The notes under the pieces were generated by a model, which saw only the letters and a list, made by a program, of their open reading frames with translations, was not told where the DNA came from and searched no databases. Positions 24,841 through 36,911 of a DNA stretch of 64,000 nt are shown piece by piece. Each line of letters starts with the position of its first letter. The stretch's first letter is position 1. The stretch spans positions 56,918,001-56,982,000 of the forward strand of contig OZ076409.1 in the NCBI GenBank assembly GCA_964187785.1, written 5' to 3'. The translations under genes and the position numbers were made by a program. This DNA comes from Amphiscolops sp. MND2022 (Eukaryota).

Positions 24841-27800
24841 GTTTTCTGTTGAACTTGTTTTATTTGCCCAATGTATTGGAACTTTTGAACATTAAATTTT
24901 CGACTGTTTCTTTTCTTGTCATCTGTATAGTATAAGGTACCAATTATTTGTGATCCTTTCTTCTCGGATCTCAAACGAATAGTAATAAATATCCCAAGAA
25001 GTGAAAATTGATTGTTTCTTTTCTGGAACATTTAATTTTGTCTAGTAACTCGGAAAGGAGTGTACACTTTCTCTAGTTGTTCACACCAAACCATTGCTAG
25101 TTAAAGAATTGACTACGCAATGAACGCTTTGCAGAAATGCAAACTTTTCAGTTCCTTGTTGTTTTCCGTCCCCACAATTTTATTTGTGTATGGGCTAGGA
25201 ACTCATAACCTTTGCGATTTTTTCCAAAATTTGCCAAATCTCCACTTTTTACTCCATTTTCTACTTGATATCTGGTGCTTCTTTTGATTTATTTTATTAG
25301 TTAATGATGCTTAGAAAAGGAGCTGCAATTTGTCCTAGCACACTTTTTCCGAGATAAATTGTGTTTTACTGAAGAGGAACCGGAGGTTCCAAAATATAGC
25401 GCTGTATCCGAATTTTGCACGTTATGTTCGAAGTAAATTGCTTTTTACCAAGGAGGGGCTTAATTTTCGATTGAGTGTCGAATGTTAGCCAATTGAAGTC
25501 GGAAAATGTCCCCCTGCATAATGGGTGTCTTTTTCTACTAATTAAAGCGTAAATCTTTTGAGTTCCGTTATTTGGTTCACCGAATCATTTTCTTTATCCC
25601 TACAGCCGCCGCGGGGAGATAAAAAACAAGGTTCAAATGTCTTTATGTCAACTCCGTTTGCACTGATTTTTTGGTGCAATAAAATAAATGGTTATTGTCA
25701 TAATCCTGTCTTTTATTTCCATTCACAGTTGAAGAATGCCTTGGTGAATTGCACGTTGCATAAATTTTGCGGTAAAACAGGTGCCTTCATCTACGATATT
25801 AGCTTGTTCCTTGTGAGAGAAGTTGATATTTTCAAAAACAACATAAAAAAGTCAGGGTCATTTTTGCTGGAAGTTTGAAAATAGCTCTAGAGACAATCCT
25901 CTAAGTGTTTATAACCTTATCATTAACTTTTTCAATTGTGCAATAAATTTATTATCAAGTGAAACGCATGTTTTCATTGGGACAAGGGGTGTAAAAAACA
26001 AGGTGTTTTTGGGGGAACGGAATCTAACAAACTTGCATGGTTCTGTTCATCTAGTATGTATATATTTAAATGTGTGGAATAATAGAGCGCAAACAATTGT
26101 GCATTAAGTAGTCATGGCAATTTGGTCAATCATTGGGAGACACTCATTCTTTAAATCTTTTAGTACCACGAATTTAAACTAGCTGGCATTTACTATGCAT
26201 AAAAAGCAAAGCCTTGAGAGATTGGCGGGAGCTGTCAGGTGTAGAAAAAAAATCAGCAAAATAAGCCTCTCAGTCAAATTGGGAAAACCTGTTGTGAATG
26301 AATTAGTTGCATTCAAATTCACATTTTCAGACAAAATCGTACTCCGCACAGCCGAGAGCAGTTTGTTTCCCCTATTTGTAAATCCGGAGTGACTTTTATT
26401 CAATGAAATAATCTATCATTCATATGCTACTTTCCGTGAAATTTAATATTTTTTATTGGCACCTACATTTAAAGTGATTATTGGGCTTGTCAATTAACGT
26501 CCTTTTGGCAAAAGGAAGTAGCCAAGCTGAATATCAGGGTGTTGGAAAAACATAAAAAGCGTTGGTGTATTTGGCAATCATTTAGATTGACCCTCAAAAA
26601 TGCAGAAGCTCATTTCATTCTTCCGTTACGTTTACGCCCATATTAATTGACCATCCGACATTTCGACAACCATGTGTAGAATAACAAAAAAACACGCAGT
26701 ATATTTTATACAAACACAAACGTTTGCCCAAAAGTATATCTTACTTTTCGACAAGAAAAGTTAAAAGATGTCCGACATTTAAAGAGTCTTTAGAAAGTGT
26801 ATATGTGCTTTATATGTATAAAGTATATAGAAATACTGAGCATGAAAACGATAGTTGCCGCAGCATTTTGGAGTTCAGCCGATTGAACTAGCAAAATGTA
26901 GTTCTCAGGGCACATCCATTAGGGCCATTTTGCTAGCCCACGGCACCTGGAAGTACAAAAGCGGAACATTGCATTTCAATCAAGCCCTTCCGGGTCTGTT
27001 CAAATATTCAGTAGGAGAAATTTCTTTGATTACTTGTACAACCCAATTTAGGATATTGTGACAAAATGTTGCAAACTCATTTTGCTTTTTGATGTGAATT
27101 TCAAAGATTGCAAGTAGTCCGAATTTTCGATTTGCCACTCTAGAAAAATGCACGTCCATGAATTTAATTTACCATTTTTTGACGAAAAATACACTTTGCT
27201 TATTAAGTGCAGTGTAAACATTTGGAAAAGAATAGAAGTAATCAATAGAAGTAAAATTTAAAAAAGAAACTGTTATTTACCATAAAGGTTTCCTGGTTGT
27301 TAATACCAGGAAAGATTTTCTGAGAATTTGTTTCCGAGTCTCAAAAATGCTAATATAGTTCCAATTTTTCCAGCTTGCTTATCTTTCTACGGTTGGAGCT
27401 TTGAAAAAAGTCGAAAGTGAAAAAAATTAAAGTTAACTCGCTGTGTTCTCAGAGCAAACTGCGAACTTTGACAGCTTTCACCGCCGAACAGTTTCACCGA
27501 GCAATGCTTACCTTAATTCGGGAAAAGTTTCCTAATTTGTTTCAATAAAATGCAAAAACTGACAGTTTTCAAGAAAACGAACTTTTTTAGCTCTGAATTA
27601 CTGATAAATTTTCGGTATCTTCGAAATGGAGGTAGCCAAGTCTTCTAAATGGCTGGAAAAATAGATTCTATTGGTAAGGTTTCATATCACTGTTAGACTA
27701 CTTGCAAACCTGCACAAGGCGTAATGTTATTGCCTATAAAAGTTACCGGAGGCCTTCTTTATAAAACTTTGTGACACTTGGTTTCCACCTCCCTAAAACC

Positions 27801-28014
27801 CACGCCTACAATGCTAAACGATTTGGCGGCTATTACTTGAAGATACTGATTTGAAAAGGGGAAAAAGTTCACGAGATATTTATAACGTTTCTAACTTTTT
27901 AGTAGGCGCTTTCGAAAAAAGCACACTAATATAGGGACTTTTTAAAGACCACTATAAGTCAGAGACTCTAAAAATCTACAACATTTTTCTTCGTTGTCCA
28001 GCCACTCCACTTGC

Positions 28015-28130
28015 CGCTTGGGCTCGTGGTTACGGCTCGTATCTGACTCGCTAGGCTTGGCTTGGCGTGAGTCGCATTAGTACGTTGGTTTGACTCCCGC
28101 TCTGGTCTGAAAATATTTACGCTTGTAAAG
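28015..28130 (+). mobile_element. tRNA-derived SINE-like head
   Basis: GGGCTCGTGGTTA (A-box-like), GGTTTGACTCCCGC (B-box-like) and downstream TTTACGCTTGTAAAG resemble the 6787-6890 copy. Confidence 0.45.
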
Positions 28131-29180
28131 ATAAACTAGAATAAACGGCTCCACCATGAGTTTTTTGGTAACTATGCCATCCAGAAAAAAAATTCATTTT
28201 CAGCAATCATTCCGCATTTGGGTTTTTGGCACTTCGCATTTTTTCAGTAAAAAAAATTAACGGAAATTTCCCGAACGAAATGTTTTTCTCATAACTTGGA
28301 GTTTTTTGATGTTTTCAGTTGGATATATCGAGGCTCGATTTTTTGACTGTGAGGTTGATGAGAGTTGCTCAATACTTGTCCTGGAGCATATTCCAATAAC
28401 TTTTCTCTTTTCGCACCTTAAATGTCAAACTTCTGAGGCAAAATCTGTCAAATCATCTTTTAAACACCATCTTTGCAATTGGGCAGGTACCCTGAATCAT
28501 TACAGATGCCGAAAAGAAAGACGACACAAACACAAAGGCAAAAGAAGATTGAGAAGCCGGGAAAGGCATCCGTCGACACCCCAAATTAGGCTCAAAAAAG
28601 TGCTTCAAAAGGATCAAAGAAGATTTTTTGAACAAATTCTTCTCTCTTAGTGTCAAACAATTTCGAAGAGAGAGCCATTGGGGTCTAAAAGGGTTTTTTT
28701 CTTGCCAGAAACGCAAAAAAAGAAACCTTTTCTGCTTCATGAGCAAAAACATCAAAGAATAAAAGCGAGACACCAAAAAAAGTCACATAGTGCCGAAAAA
28801 CTCCAAACGAGGAAACCTTTGGTCTCAAAATGCTTTTTCAAAAACCAAAAAATATCAAAAAAACCGAAGAGCAACCCCTTATTGATTTTTGTCCGAAAAA
28901 GTTGCTCACCTCCGTAAACAACATCGAAGATCTTTTACAACCCGAAAACGTATGTCAAAATATGAAAATATGAATGGGAGACTTTGTCAGGTTAGAGTTG
29001 CCATTGCAGTTGTTGAATTTTGATTGAAAATTGGAATTTCACAGGAAACAATCTCCGCTCCTATTATTGAGAGAACTATGAAGCAAAAAAAAAGTATATA
29101 TCAACTTCTTTGATGATCTGATTTCATAATTGGCTGAAAGAGTTAGAACTCATTCGATCTCAAATATTCGACAGTTAAAA

Positions 29181-30305
29181 ACATAGGCGCGACGGCATGT
29201 CGCGCTTGGGCACGAGCAGAAACGTTCAATGGTCTGCAGAAGGTGTTACAATTTCTTTGTGTTCCAGGGCCCACAATCTTGTGAACTTATCCAGTCTCAG
29301 ATGAGGATATTTTGATGAAAGAACTAAAAAGATGAGGGAAAATTTTTTTTTGAGAAAAATGAAAAAATGTATTTTTGGCAGAAACCCGAAGGCGTCATAC
29401 TTCATGACGGAAACTTTGATAGTACAAAAAGTAGCCTTCATACTTGCCTCACTTTGTGATGGAGAATGGTTTTCGTATCTATTTCCAGTTCGGAGAAAAA
29501 TCCGCTAGAAATTGAAAAAAAATGGAAAAAAATCAGAAAAAAATTTTCATTACTTTATTTGCTAAAAAAATCCAGAGCGGAAAAAATTTCGACATCACTT
29601 TTAACCTAAAACGTAGCCTACATAAGCCTCGTAAAATTAACGAAACCATGAACCCCATATTTGGTCTCGGTCATGAGATATACGAGCTCAAGTTAAAAAA
29701 AACCAAGAAATTTTTTTTGAAAAAAATTGAAGTTTTTTTGGCAGAAAAACGAAGACGTCATACTTGATGACGGTAAATTTGTTGGTCCAAAAAGTAGCCT
29801 ATATCTATGCTGTTCTTCTCGAAAGAGAACGGTTTCTGTATCTTATATCAGTTTTGAGAAATATGAGCTTGCAATGAGAAAAAACTTTTCGAAAAATTTT
29901 TTGTCCTTTTTTGCCCAAAAACACCAAGTATGAAAAAAAACTTTGACGTCATTTTTAGGCCAAAATGTAGCCTATAAAACGCTTGTACAATTTACGAAAC
30001 CATGGACCCTGTATTTGATCTCAGTTCGGAGATATAGGGGATCAAAGATGAAAAATTGTCAAAAATAGCGTTTTTTCAAAACTTTTTTTGAAAAAAAACC
30101 ATGAAGCCGATTTTTTTTCGAAAACTTTTTTCGGCAAAAATGTAGCCTAGGATCCTGCGCAACTTGTAGCGAAAACATGGTGTCCGTGTCTGTTCTGGAT
30201 TCTGAGAAATTTGCCTCACAAGTTTGAAAAATTGGCACATGTCACGAAATCTGCGAAAATAAAAACGTCACCATATGGGCATCTTGCAAAGCTCGTGCCC
30301 CAAAA
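29181..30305. mobile_element. Non-autonomous Helentron-like element, family B, with internal 175-180-bp tandem repeats
   Basis: Hairpin GCGCGAC-GGCAT-GTCGCGC (29187-29205); subterminal inverted repeats GGGCACGAGC (29208-29217) and GCTCGTGCCC (30291-30300); A-runs at both ends; GTAGCCT recurs at 29431, 29613, 29794, 29967 and 30142. Confidence 0.7.
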
Positions 30306-30739
30306 ACATGTCGGTCTAATCAATGAATTATACATCGTTGACAATAGCGATCTTTTCGGAATATATTACTAGACAATTTTATTTTGCAAGATAGTGTGAT
30401 GAGCATTTTAAATATTTCGATGCTGAGTAACGTTTGGCTTTTAATATTCTAGGGGTGCAATCTTGAAGAGCAGTTTAGCTCTTTTTGCGTCCTAATTGGC
30501 GTGTTGTAATTGTTCGATGAAGAATGTATCTCTTTATACCCAATTGAATTAACTATTTTCAATCAGTTTGAAATTCTGTAGAAATTTAGAACTTTTATGA
30601 TCATTTCGGCCGGGTTGAAAAGAAATTACTACGAAAAGTCATTATAGTAGTCGCTTTTCATCTCATAAAGTGCCGTCTGAAAATGTTCAAATCTTGAAGA
30701 GGTTCACTGATTGGGCTATTTTTAGTCTTCAGATTGATA

Positions 30740-30965
30740 TCGAATAGAGCATTTTGTGAATACCGTGTAATTTTCTGATACCTAGCGGTCCTCGGCAGAA
30801 GGTCAGAAAAGCTGGAAAAGCTAGGAACAGTTTTACATGCTTGGAGAACATGTCCGGACCTGGTGTGTGCCGGCAATCGTTCCGGAGCTCTAAAATACGT
30901 AAAATTGATCACTAGATAAATTGTAGTTAAAGTATGCCAATATACCCAAGTTCTTGCCCAGTTGT
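30740..30965. repeat. Dispersed repeat family C, fragment
   Basis: TTTTACATGCTTG...TGTCCGGAC...GTGCCGGC...CGGAGCTCTAA is shared with about 48350-48420 and 55640-55706. Confidence 0.65.
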
Positions 30966-32879
30966 AGCTGGGATTTTTAATCTATGAGGACATTGAGGCT
31001 ATGGTGAGGAAACGTACGAAAATCTGACTGTAAGCTCAACTGTGGAACCAAAAGGCTCCATTTGAATCAACTTTGAGTAGTTTTTCTGACATTTATGAAT
31101 CCACCGCCGTTCTGGCCTTGATTTTCAACTTTACGATTGGCGGAAAGCAAAAAGATGGGCAGATGTTGCGGTATGGCTGAGACGTTGAAATGTTAATTTC
31201 TGCTATAACGCAATTTGATCCATTAAAATTTACAGTCAGCTCAAAGACAAGTGAAGGCAAAGCAATTTGGGGCGCTTTTATGTGAAGCGACTTCAAAGCT
31301 GGTGGTGCTCGACTAAATGTCGGCTAACAACTCACTAGATTGTCACAAAAGGATAAAACCAACATGCTGCAGCATTTCAAAGAAACCAATTTCAAAAATT
31401 GCAAGTTCAAGTGTCTAAACTTATCTCTTGTAACTGCTTCTCTTCAGTATTGCTCTCCCCTCTTAGGCGATGGTCAAAGTCAACTTCTTGAAACAAGCAT
31501 TTTAAAGTGATTTGACGGGAGCTTTTGTTGTTTGATAGACCTTTTTCAAAAAACTTATACTCAGCATAGTAAAGCAGTCGACAAATCTAGCCAAGATGCA
31601 TAATTTACTGGGTACACAAACCCGGTTATGATTTTGATCACATTGCTCATCCTTAAGACCCAAAATGCAATTTTGCATGAATCTTGCAGAATGTTTTGTA
31701 CAATTTCGTGAGGTTCTTAGCACATTGGTAAGAATCTTTCAAGATCTTGTAAGGAACGTATTTTAGTTACACAGTTTTCTTGACCTTCAACACGAAAAAA
31801 ATGAAAGTATCTATATTGCTAGTTAGTAATTACATTGATAACTTGTCATAGCATATCAAGTGATTTTGAGTGATTCTCTTTTGATGTACTTTTTAAGGAA
31901 AGAATTTCAGCATGGCACGTGTGTTTATTTTTTCATAAAACAGTATGTTTGCATTCGTAACCCCAAATACAAATGAAGAATAATGGAGCCCTGTGTTTGC
32001 GCCTCTAGGACATAAGCATTTGCAGATTTTCCGGTTTTACACTCACAAAAAATATTGAACGTGGAACTAATGCACACTAGTTGAGGCAAAGTAAATAGTT
32101 GAATTAAAAAGGTCGAAATATTCTATGAAAAAGTTTCTACCAATTTTTTGTCAAACGACTACATTCAAACGTCGCATGCGGATTAAAATGGATTCCTTCC
32201 AAATCCAGATGCATATAGTTGAACAAGCCGAGAAGGGCAACAGTACTTCAAAGCGTCAAGGATTCTTTTCCGAACAAATGCTCAATTTCACAGTATCGAA
32301 AAAACCATAAGAGTGACCCTTTGGGCTTAAAAAAGACTTTTCTGCTTCTCTTTCCACCAGAAACAATAAAACCAAAGCGAGTCCTTTTTGCGGAACAAAC
32401 ATTCTAAAAAACTGCACAGATCCAATAAAATCTCAAAGGAGACACTTTGGGCTTAAAACTCGTTTTCCTATTCAAAAGTATCAGAAAACCAAAAGGGGGA
32501 TTTTTTTGGAAAATTGGTTTTCTGAAAAAAAGTCGCACAGTGCCGAAAGAACCCAAAGAGGGGTCTTTTGGGATTAAAAACGCTTTTTACCATCAAAAAA
32601 TATCAAACAAAAACAAATAAGGGCACTCTCAAAAATTTATTTGTGAAAATTTGTAGACTTATTTGTAGAATTTTGTGAAATTTGTATAGTTTTTGGATTT
32701 TGACATTCGGCATGAAATTGGTCACTTCGACCGGATCAAAAGAAAAACACGACAAGAAGTCACTATATTAGTCGCGTTTTGTTTCCCAAAGTTCCGACTA
32801 AAAACTAGTATTTAAACAAATCAAATGTAACTTGAACCTAGTGTGACATATTGAAATGTCATTTGAGGACAATGAACAA

Positions 32880-33090
32880 AAACTCTTGGTTGTTATCATT
32901 TGAGATCCAAATACATTTGATGTTTGTTCTGTTTGAACTTTTATGAAGTATTGTAAGTTGGTAATCAAATTGATATACACAATATGAGTGGCCATCATCA
33001 AGACAAGAAGCTGGTCAAAATTTGTGCAATAAAACTTCAGCGCTGACAATTTTTCATTACCGGGAACCACGACAAGAAAGACCACACGTC
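32880..33090 (+). repeat. Dispersed repeat family D (possible LINE 3'-end fragment)
   Basis: Reverse-complement similarity to about 53685-53900 and 55005-55145. Confidence 0.65.
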
Positions 33091-34734
33091 CTAAGAACTG
33101 TATTCAGGGAGTAGTATTATGCGACACCTGGCAAAGGATGCTTACATGTGGGAAACCTAAAGCGCTAGTATACTCCCGAACTTGAAGAAACTAGAGATAG
33201 AAAGTCCATTTCCCAGGAAAACGTCTTGTGGGGTGATTACTTTAAGACGTTTTCCGCTGTACACCTTAGTAGGTTATTGCAACTAAGGCATTACGTCTTG
33301 GTAGAAACTGGGAAACTAAGATTAAAGAGACCATGGCATTAGATGAGTAGATGGATTGAAGCCGAACATAAAATAAAAACGCTACAATTGAGAAACATGA
33401 ATCATGAGAATGCTGTCTAGTTGACACTCGACGAATGTTTCCACGTTTCAATAATGATAACAACGAACAAAAAACTCTTTCCAATGTTTCCAATTCAAAA
33501 ATTCGGGGGGGGGGGGGTGATTGTATGCATTGCTGACAATTCCTCAGGCCTTTTGTGTGTTTTTTTAATTCTCGAAATAGGTATATTGCCCCGTGATGTG
33601 ATCAAATGGTGACGACTGGCATTATGTGACATGTACCAGCGCCCCCTTGTGACCAGTCGGAAAATTTCAAAATTGCGGTTCAACTTTCATCACGCGAAGA
33701 CTTTTGAAAATACATTTCACTTGAACAAATAACTGAAAGGGGTGGATGTCCTTTATAAGCAGAGTCCCGCTTCGCTTTGGGCTACATTGCCAGTAGCATC
33801 TCTCGATTGTGATGATAACCTCTTTTGGGATTTTGGAACACAATCGAACTCGTGCATTGGTTCTGGTCATATTGCTTTGGGGTAGAGTAACGTCATTAGT
33901 ATTTTCGTTTTGAAAAATTCCGCTTTTTGAGTTCAGCATTTTTGGTATATTAAATTGGTGGCAATGTCGTAGTTAATTGCTTCCCTTCACAATAAATTCA
34001 TAATTTTCAATTACCGCCCATGGGAAAAAATTATTGAGTGAGCTGCGTTTTCCTTTCCTACTTTTCCCATGTTTCTGTTTTTCGATCTTTTTTTGGAAGT
34101 GCCTAGAGACAAAAAAGTGAGTAAAAAGCCCAAAGAGTTCAATGACGCAACATTAAGTTGTCCACTACGTTTATCAGAAAATAAATGACTCTTAAAATTC
34201 TCACGGAAATCGTAATCATTTCTAATTTTTACTGATAGGTTAATTTTGTAGAGTGTCTAAAAGCACTTCAATTTCCAACATTTTACTGCCTTGATCAAAC
34301 ATTTTTCAGATGCTTCCATCGCGATGAAAATCTGAAGACTCGAGAGAAAATTTGACAAAAAGTATTCGGCCGTTTCATGCAAGTTTTGAGAAAAAGATGA
34401 AGAATACAGGAAGTGTGAAGATTCAAAGAATTGAAATACGAAAGATTCGTTCAGAAAAAAAACAACAAGTTTCGGATATTTTCGTGGCTTCGAAATAACA
34501 TTGAGGTAAAGAAATCTAAACATTTCGTCAGGAATGATGTGTGAAAGGAAACAAAAAATGTTCAAAGATTCGAAGTTTGAGAAATCCAGGCAGATTTTTC
34601 ATTCAATTTCTGGAAGTTTTCGTTGGCGTAGAGATCTAAATATAAAACATTCATCGACTTAGCAAACTTTTGTGATAAAAAAGTTTTTGTATCCAAAAAA
34701 GTGTAATTTGAACCAATGTTTCATTCTGGAGATC

Positions 34735-34850
34735 ATGGTATAGTAGAGCATTGGTCCTGTATTGAAGCGTTATCAGGTTTGATTCTATCTCAAGCCATTA
34801 TTGTTGAGCCTTGGGGAAGTCCTTCATCATTACAACGCATAACCCTACAC
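34735..34850 (+). mobile_element. Degenerate tRNA-derived SINE-like sequence with a CORE/V-like motif
   Basis: TGGTATAGTAGAGCATTGGTC, B-box-like GGTTTGATTCT, then GTTGAGCCTTGGGGAAGTCCTT, which resembles the CCTTGGGCAAGTC core motif. Confidence 0.35.
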
Positions 34851-36400
34851 TTTTAGTGCGGCTCAAAGTTGAGCCGTTTGAGCAGTGGAATCCTGGGCCA
34901 AGCTCTAAAACATATCAACCGCAAAGAGCGAAATAGGATGATCCCTATTTGGGCGGTCAGTGTAAAAACGGAATTTAGCGGGGAAAACAATTATAAAAAG
35001 AGCAACTATGAGCAGACTTCTCGCTGAAACAAGGGCTTTTGTTAATGTCAGAAACTCCAAACTCGGACTTTCCTGAATGAATAGACAAGACAGAAGCCCG
35101 CTTGTCACCCCGCTTGAATCTCAAAAGCCTCTGGTTTCATAGAAATACTCAGGGTAACTTTTAGAAAATTTTCACCTTCAGAAAAGTAAAAAAGACGGCC
35201 GACCTGCAGCCTGAAAAAGTTGGTTAAGGTGCTGCAAACAAAAAATGCTGAAAAGAAACAAATATTGGAACCATTAGGCTTCAAAATGTAACAAGAAGAA
35301 ACCGAGAGGGGACCTCTTGGTGGAATTACTATTTTTCAAAGAAAAAGTTGCACTGTGCTGAAAACATCCAAAGTTGCCCTTATGGGCTAAAAAGACTTTT
35401 TAGCTTTTTTCCCACCGGAAACGTTAAAAAACCAAAGCGAGAACCCTTGTGTGAAATTAAAAGTTACCAAAAAGTCGCATACTTCCGAAGATAACACCCA
35501 ATTTCCTTTTCAATCCAAATAAGCATGTCAAAATATGAATGGGTAGTCTGTTCAGTATGAGAAAATGCTGTAATCGAATTTTCCAGGCAGAATTCAACAA
35601 TTTTATTATTCTTCAAAAAGTCTGGAATAATCAAGTGAAGCATAATTAAAATGAGGCAGTAGGACCATGATCACGAAGTCGGTAGGTACTCTCGGTTTCG
35701 TCTGTCGAATATGGAATGAAAACAGATAAATCTGCACATTACAAATAACATGCGAATTCGGTAGATTAAAAACTTGGCCGGAAACTGACTAGAATCACCC
35801 ATAGTGTTTTCATATCACCATGCCGGGTGCGGATTTTACAGCATGCTCCTAATTCCTGAAAGCAAATACTCAAAATCCAATGTTTATCCGTTTCAAATCC
35901 CTGATTTTGTCAAGTGTCGGGAGGAATTTACCTCCTGTTGTTTTCAATTAAGTTGTTTACCGTGGGGGTTCATTAATAGAGCTTGGTCGAATTTTCGTAA
36001 GCACTAGTTATTTTATCAGATTATCTTGGTTCAATCGACCCATAAAACTGGACCAATCAAGGCTGAATTATGGAGTAAATGTCTTGGAAAAAAAGCTCCG
36101 TGAAAAATGCAAGCAAACGTCACGTGAACACACACGCACAAAAAAAACATGTCTTTCAGAAGTCACTTATTGTAGAAAATAATATATATAACAATACATA
36201 ATATATAATACCTTCATGCTAGTTTTGATAGTGATGTATTCTTGGTGTCTTAATTGAACATATTTACTTGAGGAAAACACTTTCTCTGTATACTTTTTCC
36301 TTATATAAAAGATGATGCGCTATAAAGAAAGGTACATAGAGAACCAAAACATCCACCTTTCAAAAACGAGTTTTTTAAATATTTATGAATCCATAATGTG

Positions 36401-36750
36401 TATAAGGATCTGTATATTCGAGTCGCCTTCGGCTAATAATACAGTCCGTTTGCAAAGAGTTTTTTTGAACGCAGTATTAAAACATTCAAAGACATCAGTG
36501 AATAAATCAAAACAACTTGCAAAAGATCAATGTTGTTTACAAATATAATTAAACAAATTAAAGTTTCGAGATAGCAAATTATTTGAATGATATTTGAAAA
36601 ATATATTTTACTATTTTCAGAAGTAGCAAATATTTGACGGTTTCGGGAATCGAACCGGTAACCTTCAAATTCCGAGTCCCATACTCTACCGACCGTGCTA
36701 CGGTCACTTAATTTTGTTTGTTTTAATTCAACCATATTTGCTTTGCAACA
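36401..36750 (-). repeat. 3' LTR of the BEL/Pao element
   Basis: Identical by eye to 45031-45380; reads TGTTGC...CTTATA on the - strand; preceded by the PPT-like GGGCCCGGAGGA (36751-36762). Confidence 0.97.
36635..36707 (-). ncRNA. tRNA-Lys-like sequence with Pol III A/B boxes inside the 3' LTR
   Basis: The - strand reads GTGACCGTAGCACGGTCGGTAGAGTATGGGACTCGGAATTTGAAGGTTACCGGTTCGATTCCCGAAACCGTCA. It parallels tRNA-Lys(CTT) TAGCTCAGTCGGTAGAGCATGGGACTCTTAAT...GGTTCGA, but the acceptor and T stems pair poorly. Confidence 0.7.
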
Positions 36751-36911
36751 TCCTCCGGGCCCAAGAAGGTGTGAATGCAAAAAACTGAAAAAAAAACTTT
36801 TTTACTATTTTTTTTCGGAAAACGGTTTACATGGAATTCTGATGTACATGTTACATTTTACTCATATTAGGCATGATTACAAGCAAGAACAAAAACAAAA
36901 AGGGTTATAAA

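Noticed and set aside
22500..35800. Small host exons scattered among the repeats (for example about 22520-22800, 26300-27040, 31090-31300)
   Set aside because: No consistent splice or frame chain and no recognisable protein; needs RNA-seq or spliced alignment.
36635..36707. Functional tRNA-Pro(CGG) gene
   Set aside because: The acceptor and T stems do not pair properly and the body is tRNA-Lys-like; kept only as a tRNA-derived cassette.
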